The translations under genes and the position numbers were made by a program. This document shows, in pieces, positions 26,635 through 34,990 of a DNA stretch of 49,273 nt (its first letter is position 1; each line of letters opens with the position of its first letter). The stretch is from Clostridia bacterium (GTDB lineage: Bacteria > Bacillota > Clostridia > Christensenellales > UBA1242). The stretch lies in the NCBI GenBank assembly GCA_017452165.1, contig JAFTMY010000035.1, positions 1 to 49,273 of the forward strand, written 5' to 3'. Under the pieces are notes generated by a model. It ran no database searches, was not told the DNA's origin, and saw only the letters and a list, made by a program, of their open reading frames with translations.

Positions 26635-27972
26635 ATGATTTTTAAAATTTTAACAATAATAATTGTTTCATTTTATTTGTTTATAACAATTAGATATCTT
26701 AATAGACTTGCTGTTTTTGTTAAAAACTATAAAAAGGTCAAAAAATTGGGAAATGTTGAACTTGAAAAAGAAACACTTTTTATTATTCCAATGTATAAAG
26801 AAAAGAAAATGGCAAGAGATACATTTAATTTCTTTTTTAATATTGCAAGTCAAAATGAAAATGTAAAGGTTGCATTTGTTTGCACTGCAAAAGAAGATGA
26901 CGGCAAAAATGAGACAACTTATGATATTTTATGCGATGAAAAAGCAAAGTCAAAAAGTGAAAGTATGTTTGTCTATAAATATCCAAAAACTACTGGAATT
27001 ATGGCACATCAGGTAAATTATGGTGTGAAAAAATACTCAGAAGATACAAAAAATACTGATTTTTGGGTTGCAATTTATAACTGCGATTCAAGACTTGATA
27101 AAATATCACTTAATGAAATTTTTTATAGTATAAATAACGCAAAAGTGCAGACAGTTTTTCAACAATATAGTTATTATCATATACCAGGTGCAAGATTTAA
27201 GTCTATTCCACTAAGTAGTGCAGTTTGGCAAACAAGGTGGAGTGTATTTAAGGAAAATGCAATGGCTAGAAATAGGTGTTTATATAGAAGAAAAATTAAA
27301 AATTTTAATACTTTTTATGCACTTTTTGAACCATTTTCTTACTGCATTGGTCATGGAATTATAATAAATGCAGAAACCTTTATAAAAGTTGGTGGAATGC
27401 CTGAAGATTCTATTAACGAAGATACTTTTATGGGGTATATTATTTGTTCAGAAGGGCTTGAAATAGAGCCACTATACTCAATGGAAAAAGCAGAGTCTGT
27501 CAGTAGCACAAAAACTTTAATTAGACAGCAATCATCTTGGTTTAATGGGCCTGTTAGAAGTTTAGAGTATTATAAGCAATATTGCAGAGATAATGACTGC
27601 ACATTTAAAAGACCAATTTGCAAGGAAGAAAATAAAAAAACTGCTAAAATTAGAGCGTTTAAGAGTTTTGATTATGCGCTTGCTTGGATGTTTAGTCCAG
27701 TTATCATGCTTGTGATTTTGCCAATATGTTCAATACTTGGCTATGGACTTTTTGGAATACTTATAACACTTTTAACTGCTGAAATTTATCTATATTTTGT
27801 AAATTTAATGATGTTTTTAGCACTTAGAAAACATGGAATTAAAGTTTTAATGCCATCACTTATTTTTGATATATTATTTTATTTTTGCCACGGTCTTAGC
27901 ACTTTTATTTGGCTTGGTAAAAATATTACAGGAAAAAATAGAATTGATAATAAATACAAAACGGAGAGATAA
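26635..27972 (+). CDS. membrane-bound family-2 glycosyltransferase (processive-synthase-like)
   Basis: There is an N-terminal TM helix and several C-terminal TM helices. The sequence has IIPMYKE (GT2 IIPxYNE-like), NCDSRLD (DxD-like), INEDTFMGY (ED motif) and RQQSSWFNG in the position of QxxRW, with Arg replaced by Ser. Confidence 0.6.
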   Translation: MIFKILTIIIVSFYLFITIRYLNRLAVFVKNYKKVKKLGNVELEKETLFIIPMYKEKKMARDTFNFFFNIASQNENVKVAFVCTAKEDDGKNETTYDILCDEKAKSKSESMFVYKYPKTTGIMAHQVNYGVKKYSEDTKNTDFWVAIYNCDSRLDKISLNEIFYSINNAKVQTVFQQYSYYHIPGARFKSIPLSSAVWQTRWSVFKENAMARNRCLYRRKIKNFNTFYALFEPFSYCIGHGIIINAETFIKVGGMPEDSINEDTFMGYIICSEGLEIEPLYSMEKAESVSSTKTLIRQQSSWFNGPVRSLEYYKQYCRDNDCTFKRPICKEENKKTAKIRAFKSFDYALAWMFSPVIMLVILPICSILGYGLFGILITLLTAEIYLYFVNLMMFLALRKHGIKVLMPSLIFDILFYFCHGLSTFIWLGKNITGKNRIDNKYKTER

Positions 27973-27974
27973 CA

Positions 27975-28685
27975 ATGAAAGTTTGTTTAGTAACAGGTAT
28001 TACTGGAACACTCGGAAGTGAGTTAACTGAAACATTAAAATCAAATGATTATTTTGTTATCGGATTATCTCGCAAAATTTGGGTAAATGCTGACGCTTGT
28101 ATAACTTGTGATTTTACGAATCTTAGCACTAATGATTTAAAAGAAAGTATCAATAATGTTATAAGTAATTTAAAGGAAATTAATCAAATAGATTTTGTTC
28201 ACTGTGCAGGATATTATGAAAAGGAAAGGAAATTTGACAGTGAATTTAACGAGAGTCTTTGTGAGAAAACTTTTAGTATAAATGTGTTTTCTTTTTATAA
28301 GATTGTGAACATTTTAACTGAAATTTGTGAAAAATATAAGGTGAAAAGTTCAGTTGTTGCAGTTTCTTCTAATTTAACAATAAAGAAAAACACTTTAACT
28401 GCTCCATATATTTCAAGTAAAATTGCACTTGAGGGTATGGTTCAATCATTTGCTCAGACATACGGCTCACTTGATATGCGTTTTAATTGTGTTTGTCCAG
28501 GTATGTTTGCTAGTAATATGAACGAATACAATGTGCCAGAGCAGTTTATAAATAACACACCACTTAAAAGACTTGGAAAAGTAGATGATATTATTGATTC
28601 GATAATGTTTTTATTATCAGATAAATCAAATTGCATAACAGCAAATAAACTCGTGGTTGACGGAGGAGGAAGCAATGGATATTAA
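27975..28685 (+). CDS. short-chain dehydrogenase/reductase (SDR) family oxidoreductase
   Basis: It has the N-terminal TGITGTLG (TGxxGxxG) motif and the catalytic YISSKIALEG (YxxxK) motif preceded by VAVSSN. The start lies 2 nt after the GT2 stop. Confidence 0.8.
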   Translation: MKVCLVTGITGTLGSELTETLKSNDYFVIGLSRKIWVNADACITCDFTNLSTNDLKESINNVISNLKEINQIDFVHCAGYYEKERKFDSEFNESLCEKTFSINVFSFYKIVNILTEICEKYKVKSSVVAVSSNLTIKKNTLTAPYISSKIALEGMVQSFAQTYGSLDMRFNCVCPGMFASNMNEYNVPEQFINNTPLKRLGKVDDIIDSIMFLLSDKSNCITANKLVVDGGGSNGY

Positions 28686-29658
28686 TAATGATATTGACAA
28701 GGTTTCAAGTTTTCCTAAATATGTAGAACTTCAAACAACAAGCAAGTGTAATAGTTATTGTTCTATTTGTCCTTATGGATTAGTTGAAGGTAAGTTTGAG
28801 CATCAAAAAATGTCAGATGAACTCATTAACAAGGTTTTAGATGAGTGTGAAAAACATAAAGACGAAATTGAAAACATTGTGCCTTATGTAAATAACGAAC
28901 CTTTTTTAGATACTCGTATGGTAGATATACTTAGAAATATCAAAAGAAGGGGTCTTAAAGTTGAAATTTCAACAAATGGTTCATGTTTAACGGAAGAAAT
29001 AGCAAAGGCAATTGTTGACGAAAATCTTATTGATGATTTTAGAATCAGTTTTTTTGCAGCAGAAAAGGAAGATTATAATAAATTAATGCCAAGACTAAAC
29101 TATGACCATGTTGTTAAAAATGTTAAATTTTTTGCAGAGTATAATAAGTCAAAAGGTAATCCTGTTCATGCAAATATGATTATGATTTTAGTTGAAAATC
29201 TTGATATGCAAGAAAATATTGACAAAGTTGAAGCAATGTTTGGTATAAAGGTTAGACCTTTTGGTTATTTAGATAGAGCGGGAACTAACAAAAATAAAAA
29301 CAAACTTTTAGCAAAAGAAGAAATGCTTGAAAGTAGACTTGTTGGTTGCTCAACAAGAAGACCAAATGAGTGGCTTTCAATCCTTGCAAACGGTGATATT
29401 TATCTTTGCACTCAAGACTGGAATAGAGAAAATAAGATTGAGTCAGTTGCTGAAAAGTCAATAGAAGAAGTTTGGCACTCAGAAAGTTATAACCATTATA
29501 GAGATATGATTTTTGGAAGAAAGAATTATCCAAAAGACTTTATTTGCACAAAATGTAAAATTGCTATATATAAGAGCGAAGGAGAAAAGAAAAATAAACT
29601 CAACTTTGCAGGTGATAAATATGTAGATAGGGAGGGCAAGAAGAATGTCAAGTTCTAA
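28675..29658 (+). CDS. radical SAM protein with a Cys-rich SPASM/twitch-like C-terminus
   Basis: It has the CxxxCxxC motif CNSYCSICPY (nt ~28747-28776). Also present are NNEPFLD and ISTNG. The C-terminal cysteines are GCSTRRPNEWLSILANGDIYLC and FICTKCK. The ATG at 28675 follows GGAGGAGGAAGCA and overlaps the SDR stop by 11 nt. The ORF-track start at 28657 is a TTG. Confidence 0.8.
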   Translation: MDINNDIDKVSSFPKYVELQTTSKCNSYCSICPYGLVEGKFEHQKMSDELINKVLDECEKHKDEIENIVPYVNNEPFLDTRMVDILRNIKRRGLKVEISTNGSCLTEEIAKAIVDENLIDDFRISFFAAEKEDYNKLMPRLNYDHVVKNVKFFAEYNKSKGNPVHANMIMILVENLDMQENIDKVEAMFGIKVRPFGYLDRAGTNKNKNKLLAKEEMLESRLVGCSTRRPNEWLSILANGDIYLCTQDWNRENKIESVAEKSIEEVWHSESYNHYRDMIFGRKNYPKDFICTKCKIAIYKSEGEKKNKLNFAGDKYVDREGKKNVKF

Positions 29659-31696
29659 TAAGACCTATAATACAGGTAACTTTAATATAAGAGTTAGTTA
29701 TTATGGTATAAGTGAAGAAGAGCAAGCGAAACATAAGGAACATATTGATGCGTTTTTAGATACAGATGACGGCATAAATAAAGAAAATGAAACCATTGAT
29801 TTTAGAATTATAAAAGATGCAAATGCAATTAATATGATAAAAAATGAAATCTTGACAAGTGGAAATTATCAAACTGTTGATGGCTATTTCAAGACACCAT
29901 TTTTTAACTATGAAAATGATGAAGCAGTTTATAATTATTGTGAAAATGATAATATTTGTGTTGTAAAAAACAAAAAAGATGGTAGTGTAAGTTATTTTTA
30001 CGAAGATAATTCAAGAGTAAAAAGTGATACTGCTATGTGCTTTATAAGAGAACTTATTATCAAGAAAAATAAGGATATTGGAAACTATATTCTTCACTCA
30101 GCAAGTTTTGAAAAAGACGGCAAGGGTTTTGTTATGGTTGGAAGAGCAGGTGCGGGGAAAACTTCTCTTTTAATTGGTTATTTAAAGAGTGGAAATGGTG
30201 TAAAATACATTTCTAATGACATTAATTTTGTTGATAAAACAGGCTCGGTTATGTATCCATTTCAAATACCAATGCTTCTTTCTAGTGATACAGCAGAGAG
30301 TTATTTTGGTGATAAAGTGAAAGATTTTGACCCGTCTCAAACAATTTCTTACCAGCATAAAAATTTAGGTAAATGGGTTACAAAATATAAGTTTTCTAAT
30401 AAGGCAGTTGAAGAGTTATTTGGAGTAAAATCATCAAACTCCTCAAATATAAAAGCGATAATTATCCCTAATTTCAGTAAAGAAAATAGTGGAATAAATT
30501 ATGAAAAACTTGGAGAAAAAGAGGCTTACGAGATTATTTTAGATCAAGTTTTAGAAAATGATGACAGATTTGAAGTTGATTACTTAAAACTTGTTGAAAA
30601 TGAAAAGGCTTATGATAAAGAATCATTTGCTAAAAAACTTGCAAGTGAATACGAAGTTGTGAGAGTTGACTACGGTGTTGATATTTATAAGGAAGAAAAT
30701 ATCTCAAAATTATCTGAAATGCTTGATGAACTTGGAAAAGAACAAGAGGTTGTTTTAGAAGATAAAAAAACAGAAGAAAAACCTGCTGTTAATACAAAAA
30801 ATAGTGATACAACTAACTTGCAAAAAGCAGGGAAAAAGAAGTTTGAACTTCATTGCCACACAACTGCATCTGATGGATTAAAAAGTCCAACTGAACTAGT
30901 AGATTTTGCAGAAAAAGAAAATGTTGATACAATTGCTATTACTGACCACAATACTGTTGATGGCTCGCTTATGGCTCAAAAATACATTGCTGAAACAGGA
31001 AAAAAGATAAATATAATAAATGGTGTTGAAATTGATGCAAATGATTTTTCAATGTTCCATTTACTTGCTTATGGAGTAAAAGATATGCCAAAAATGAAAG
31101 CATACCTTGATAATCTTGAAGAGCAAAATCAAGAAGTATTTAGAAAGATTATAAAAAATCTCACTCAAGTTGGTGTTGATATATCAGAAGAAAAAGTTAG
31201 AGAAATGTTTGGTAGAGAAAAATTATCTAAAATTCAAATCATTAAATATTTGAGAAATAACGGATATGCAAAGGATAGATTCGAAGTTCAAGATAAGTAT
31301 CTTGGAAGACACTGCCCAAGTTATGTTGAAAGAGTTCAACCACCTGTTAGCGAGGTAATTAATTTTATTCATGAGTGTGGTGGAATTTGTGTATTTGCTC
31401 ACCCAATGGAACTTTCTAAAATGAACCCAGAAACTCTCCCTGATATGGAAACAATTAAAAAACTAATTATTGAACTTAAGAAAATTGGACTTGATGGTGT
31501 TGAATGTTATTCTCCTAAACATACAATGGAAGAGGCTAAAGAACTTTATGAATTCTGCGAAAGTAACGGACTTATTCAAACTTATGGAAACGATTATCAT
31601 GCAAAAGAAGGTCAATTATTTGGTGCAGATAAAACTCAGTTTAAAAATAAATTATTAAATGCTATAAATAAAGAATCATCACAACTAGGTAGTTAA
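29645..31696 (+). CDS. fusion protein: N-terminal HprK-like/PEPCK-like P-loop domain + C-terminal PHP-family phosphoesterase (TrpH/YciV-like)
   Basis: The N-terminal half contains LHSASFEKDGKGFVMVGRAGAGKTSLLIGYLKSGNGVKYISND (Walker A at nt ~30140), a pattern typical of HprK-related kinases. After a K/E-rich linker come the PHP motifs ELHCHTTASDG, AITDHNT, FAHP and GNDYHA. The start overlaps the radical SAM stop by 14 nt. Confidence 0.7.
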   Translation: MSSSNKTYNTGNFNIRVSYYGISEEEQAKHKEHIDAFLDTDDGINKENETIDFRIIKDANAINMIKNEILTSGNYQTVDGYFKTPFFNYENDEAVYNYCENDNICVVKNKKDGSVSYFYEDNSRVKSDTAMCFIRELIIKKNKDIGNYILHSASFEKDGKGFVMVGRAGAGKTSLLIGYLKSGNGVKYISNDINFVDKTGSVMYPFQIPMLLSSDTAESYFGDKVKDFDPSQTISYQHKNLGKWVTKYKFSNKAVEELFGVKSSNSSNIKAIIIPNFSKENSGINYEKLGEKEAYEIILDQVLENDDRFEVDYLKLVENEKAYDKESFAKKLASEYEVVRVDYGVDIYKEENISKLSEMLDELGKEQEVVLEDKKTEEKPAVNTKNSDTTNLQKAGKKKFELHCHTTASDGLKSPTELVDFAEKENVDTIAITDHNTVDGSLMAQKYIAETGKKINIINGVEIDANDFSMFHLLAYGVKDMPKMKAYLDNLEEQNQEVFRKIIKNLTQVGVDISEEKVREMFGREKLSKIQIIKYLRNNGYAKDRFEVQDKYLGRHCPSYVERVQPPVSEVINFIHECGGICVFAHPMELSKMNPETLPDMETIKKLIIELKKIGLDGVECYSPKHTMEEAKELYEFCESNGLIQTYGNDYHAKEGQLFGADKTQFKNKLLNAINKESSQLGS

Positions 31697-31698
31697 TT

Positions 31699-32952
31699 AT
31701 GAATAATTTATATGCAAATAAGTTATATAAAGATAAAGATTTTATTTATAAAATTTATAATAATTTAGATGAAAATGAACTTAAAAATTATTATAATAAA
31801 TTGTTGGAAAATAATATAAAAACTGCAAAAATTGTTGAAATTAGTCAAAAAAACGATGAAAATACTATAATTAAGCAAAAATTAGTGCGAAATTTAACTT
31901 TAGAAGAGTTTGTTTTTTTTGATTCAATAAAACAAAATAAATTATCAAAAAAGAGTATTAACTTATTTAAAAAATTTATAAAAATGTATTTTAAAAAAAT
32001 ATATAATTTAAGTGAAATTGCTGTTGATTGTAAACTCGGAAATTTTATGGTTAGTGGTTTAACACTTGTTGATATTGTGCCAGCACTTTTTTATAGCGAA
32101 TATAATCAAAATGAAAATAGTATAAAATATGTTTGCTTTAATAAAGATTTGCAGATAAAAAGTATTTTAGTATACTGGTTAAAATATTATATAAAATATT
32201 CATATAGTAAATGTGAAAATCCATTAGATATTTTAAAAAAAGATTTTAATAAACTAAAATATATTATAGAAAAATATTATAAATTAAAAGAAGAAAAAGA
32301 GCAAAATGACATTGAAAAAATGTATTCAAAAAGATTTGAAATGCTTAATAATTTATCAAAATATAATAACTACTTTGATTTTACGAATGATTTTTTTACT
32401 AATGGTTTTAATGTTGTATCAAAATTAAACTTAAATGAAGAGAAAAAAGAGGAAAATATCTATGTTTTAGGTGGAACAGGGGCAGGAAAAACTTATGCTA
32501 CATCTTTAATAAATAAACTAACTGATTACTTTGTAATTAATTTGGATAATATTTACTGGAAAGATAATTTTTTAACTCAAAATAGTGTTCAAGAAATAAA
32601 GGATACATTATCTAAAATAATGCAAGAAAATTCAAAGTTTATTGTCGAAGGTTCGTATTTAGATGATTGGATTTATGATGCTTTTGATAGATGTGATAAA
32701 ATATTTATTTTAAAAGTAGATTATAAACTTCAAAGAAAGAGAGTTCTTTTAAGGTTTATAAAACGAAAATTAAAAATAGAAAAATGCGATTATAAAGAAA
32801 GTTTAAAATCAATTAAAAGTTTACTTTCTTGGTTGAAAGGGTATTCAAAGAACTTAGATGAATTTGTTGAAAAATCAAAAGAAAAATATGGCGATAAAAT
32901 GATAATACTTGATAATTCTAATGATTTAATAAAAAACATTTTAATGAAATAG
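31699..32952 (+). CDS. two-domain protein: N-terminal protein-kinase-like region (tentative) + C-terminal adenylate-kinase/FlaR-like P-loop NTPase
   Basis: The C-terminal part reads IYVLGGTGAGKTYATSLINKLTDYFVINLDNIYWKDNF (Walker A, resembling small nucleotide-kinase/topology-modulation-type proteins). The N-terminal part has AVDCKLGNFMV...LVDIVP, which resembles a DxKxxN catalytic loop plus a DFG-like Asp. The start lies 2 nt after the upstream stop. Confidence 0.55.
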   Translation: MNNLYANKLYKDKDFIYKIYNNLDENELKNYYNKLLENNIKTAKIVEISQKNDENTIIKQKLVRNLTLEEFVFFDSIKQNKLSKKSINLFKKFIKMYFKKIYNLSEIAVDCKLGNFMVSGLTLVDIVPALFYSEYNQNENSIKYVCFNKDLQIKSILVYWLKYYIKYSYSKCENPLDILKKDFNKLKYIIEKYYKLKEEKEQNDIEKMYSKRFEMLNNLSKYNNYFDFTNDFFTNGFNVVSKLNLNEEKKEENIYVLGGTGAGKTYATSLINKLTDYFVINLDNIYWKDNFLTQNSVQEIKDTLSKIMQENSKFIVEGSYLDDWIYDAFDRCDKIFILKVDYKLQRKRVLLRFIKRKLKIEKCDYKESLKSIKSLLSWLKGYSKNLDEFVEKSKEKYGDKMIILDNSNDLIKNILMK

Positions 32953-32957
32953 AATAT

Positions 32958-32992
32958 AAAAAATTGCAAAGAAATTTGCAATTTTTTATATT
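32958..32992 (+). terminator. rho-independent terminator ending the six-gene operon
   Basis: The stem AAATTGCAAA (32961-32970) pairs with TTTGCAATTT (32975-32984) around a GAAA loop, followed by a T-rich run. Confidence 0.7.
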
Positions 32993-33139
32993 TTTTATTC
33001 TTTTTATGTAAAAATTATAGTATTTTGCACTTTTTTTATTAAAATAATAAAAACCTTACTTGTAATAATTCTTTAAAAATATTATATAAAATGATAAAAA
33101 ATGAAAAACAATATTAAATTATCTATTTTTAAAAAAATA

Positions 33140-33168
33140 TGGACTTAATAATAATTTTATGTTATAAT
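33140..33168 (+). promoter_or_regulatory. sigma-A-type promoter (TGGACT-17-TATAAT with TGn extension)
   Basis: TGGACT lies at 33140-33145, followed by a 17-nt spacer ending in TGT, then TATAAT at 33163-33168. It sits ~25 nt upstream of the 33193 start. Confidence 0.5.
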
Positions 33169-33192
33169 TATAAATGGCGAGGTGGGGGAATT

Positions 33193-34317
33193 ATGTTTAA
33201 TGATGGGAATTATGGTTCTTCACAAATTAAGGTAACACAAAAATTTAATCAACAACTTAGATATAGATTTTCGGAAAAAGCACAAGTTTTGGAAGTTGTA
33301 ACTGGTATTAGATTTACTAAGTATATTTTAAATTTAGGTAAAAAATATTTAGATGAAATTAATAAATACAAATCTGAATTTGCTGTTTTAACAGAAAAAT
33401 GTTCTAATGTTGAATTTTGTATTGAAAATGAACAAATTTGTATTTATGTTCAAAATGAAAATTTTAATGACAAAAACATTTCTTTTAGTGATTTGTCAAA
33501 GTGTCCTGAGTTTTTAAACTATAATACAGGTCTTCCTTTTGCAATAGGTAAAGATTTTGAGGGTAATAATATTATTGCTGATTTGAGAAAATTATCGCAT
33601 TTACTTTGCGTTGGTTTTGTTGGTTCAAGCATCTTTGATGTTATGGCTAATATGATACTTAGTTTTTCTTCTAAGTATTCACCAAGTGAGTTAAAGTTTA
33701 TGCTTATTGAACCAAAAAATTATACATTAAAAAAACTTGATGCTTTTGAAAATTTGCCACATTTACTTGGCTCAACAGTTTTTAAAGAAGATAATGAAAT
33801 ACTTGATGCTTTTAGTGATGTTATTGCAGAGATTAATAGAAGGGCAGATTATTTGTCAGAAATGGGTGCGCCAACTATTGAATCTTATAATAATTGCGAG
33901 GCTGTTTTAAAAGGTAAGTTGTCAAAAATGCCTTATGTTGTAATTATAGTAAATAAATTTGAAAATGTTATTTCAATCAATAAATCAAAGATTGAACGTT
34001 TTGTTCAAATTTTAACAAGTAAAGCAAAATCTTGTGGATTTAACTTAGTTATTGGAACAGAAAAGGCAACAGAAGATGTTTTAACAAATATTGTGATAAA
34101 ACACATTCATTCAAAACTATTCTTTAAAACTAAACATGTTTCTCCTAAATATGTAACAATTTTACCAGAGGCTGATTTGTTATTCTCTCAAGGAGATATG
34201 TATCTTCTACCTTTTGGGGAAAAGATACCACAACGTATTCAATGTGCCCATATAAATTATGGAAGTTGTCAGTCTTATGTTGATAATTTAATTTCAAAAT
34301 ACCAAAGAAAAAAATAA
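33193..34317 (+). CDS. stand-alone FtsK/SpoIIIE-family domain protein with degenerate ATPase motifs (predicted pseudo-ATPase)
   Basis: It aligns by eye with the FtsK motor domain: LPFAIGKDFEGNNIIADLRKLSHLL..., LKFMLIEPK, ENLPHLLG, MPYVVIIV, GFNLVIGT and LFSQGDMYLL. Walker A GTTGSGKS is replaced by GFVGSSIF. Walker B DEF is replaced by NKF. ATQRPS is replaced by GTEKAT. There is no TM region or gamma domain. The ATG at 33193 follows the GGTGGGGG RBS. The ORF-track start at 33139 lies inside the promoter. Confidence 0.75.
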   Translation: MFNDGNYGSSQIKVTQKFNQQLRYRFSEKAQVLEVVTGIRFTKYILNLGKKYLDEINKYKSEFAVLTEKCSNVEFCIENEQICIYVQNENFNDKNISFSDLSKCPEFLNYNTGLPFAIGKDFEGNNIIADLRKLSHLLCVGFVGSSIFDVMANMILSFSSKYSPSELKFMLIEPKNYTLKKLDAFENLPHLLGSTVFKEDNEILDAFSDVIAEINRRADYLSEMGAPTIESYNNCEAVLKGKLSKMPYVVIIVNKFENVISINKSKIERFVQILTSKAKSCGFNLVIGTEKATEDVLTNIVIKHIHSKLFFKTKHVSPKYVTILPEADLLFSQGDMYLLPFGEKIPQRIQCAHINYGSCQSYVDNLISKYQRKK

Positions 34318-34329
34318 GGAGTATATTAA

Positions 34330-34905
34330 ATGGAAATAGCAATACAGATTGCTGATATATTAACCGTGGTTATTGCTGGTCTTCAAAAGCATAAGCCACT
34401 TGCTCAACTTTTTTATTTAATAAATAACATTGTCCTTACAATAATGTTTTTTATATTCGGTAGATACTCAACAGCACTTATTTGTATTGTTGCTATGATA
34501 AGGTCGTTAGTATTTTACGTTTTTTCAATAAAGAAAATAAAACCAAATATTTTTGTTTTAATATTATTTGAAGTAGCATATATCACTATTACAATTGTAA
34601 CTTGGCAAGATGCTTTAGATTTATTACCTCTTTGTGGAACACTTGTTTCAACATATACATCTTGGCAAGATAGGGTATCAATTATGAGAATAGGTTATAT
34701 TATTAATCCAATATTCTATATAATTTATAAACTTATTATTGGTGCATATATTTCACTTATTACAGAAGCTCTCCTTCTTATAGCAAATTTATTTTCACTT
34801 ATCTACTATGATATGCTAAAAAAGGAAAAACCAATTCTTTCATACTTTAAGTTTTATAAAAAAGATAAAGTTAAAACAGAAATTCAACCTGAAGTAAATA
34901 ATTAA
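34330..34905 (+). CDS. multi-pass membrane protein (YgjV-like, tentative)
   Basis: 191 aa with ~5-6 hydrophobic helices. The N-terminal pattern EIAIQIADILTVVIAGLQKHK...MIRSLVFY resembles the YgjV inner-membrane family. An AAGGAG RBS precedes it, 12 nt after the FtsK-like stop. Confidence 0.45.
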   Translation: MEIAIQIADILTVVIAGLQKHKPLAQLFYLINNIVLTIMFFIFGRYSTALICIVAMIRSLVFYVFSIKKIKPNIFVLILFEVAYITITIVTWQDALDLLPLCGTLVSTYTSWQDRVSIMRIGYIINPIFYIIYKLIIGAYISLITEALLLIANLFSLIYYDMLKKEKPILSYFKFYKKDKVKTEIQPEVNN

Positions 34906-34923
34906 AAATTTAATATAATATAA

Positions 34924-34960
34924 AAAAACACCGGTTTTTTACTTAAAAACAGGTGTTTTT
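34924..34960. terminator. bidirectional rho-independent terminator
   Basis: This is a long near-perfect hairpin, AAAAACACCGGTTTTTT-ACTT-AAAAACAGGTGTTTTT, flanked by A and T runs. It lies between the convergent CDSs ending at 34905 (+) and 34991 (-). Confidence 0.7.
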
Positions 34961-34990
34961 TGCGTTTTTTATTTATAAAATGACAAATTA

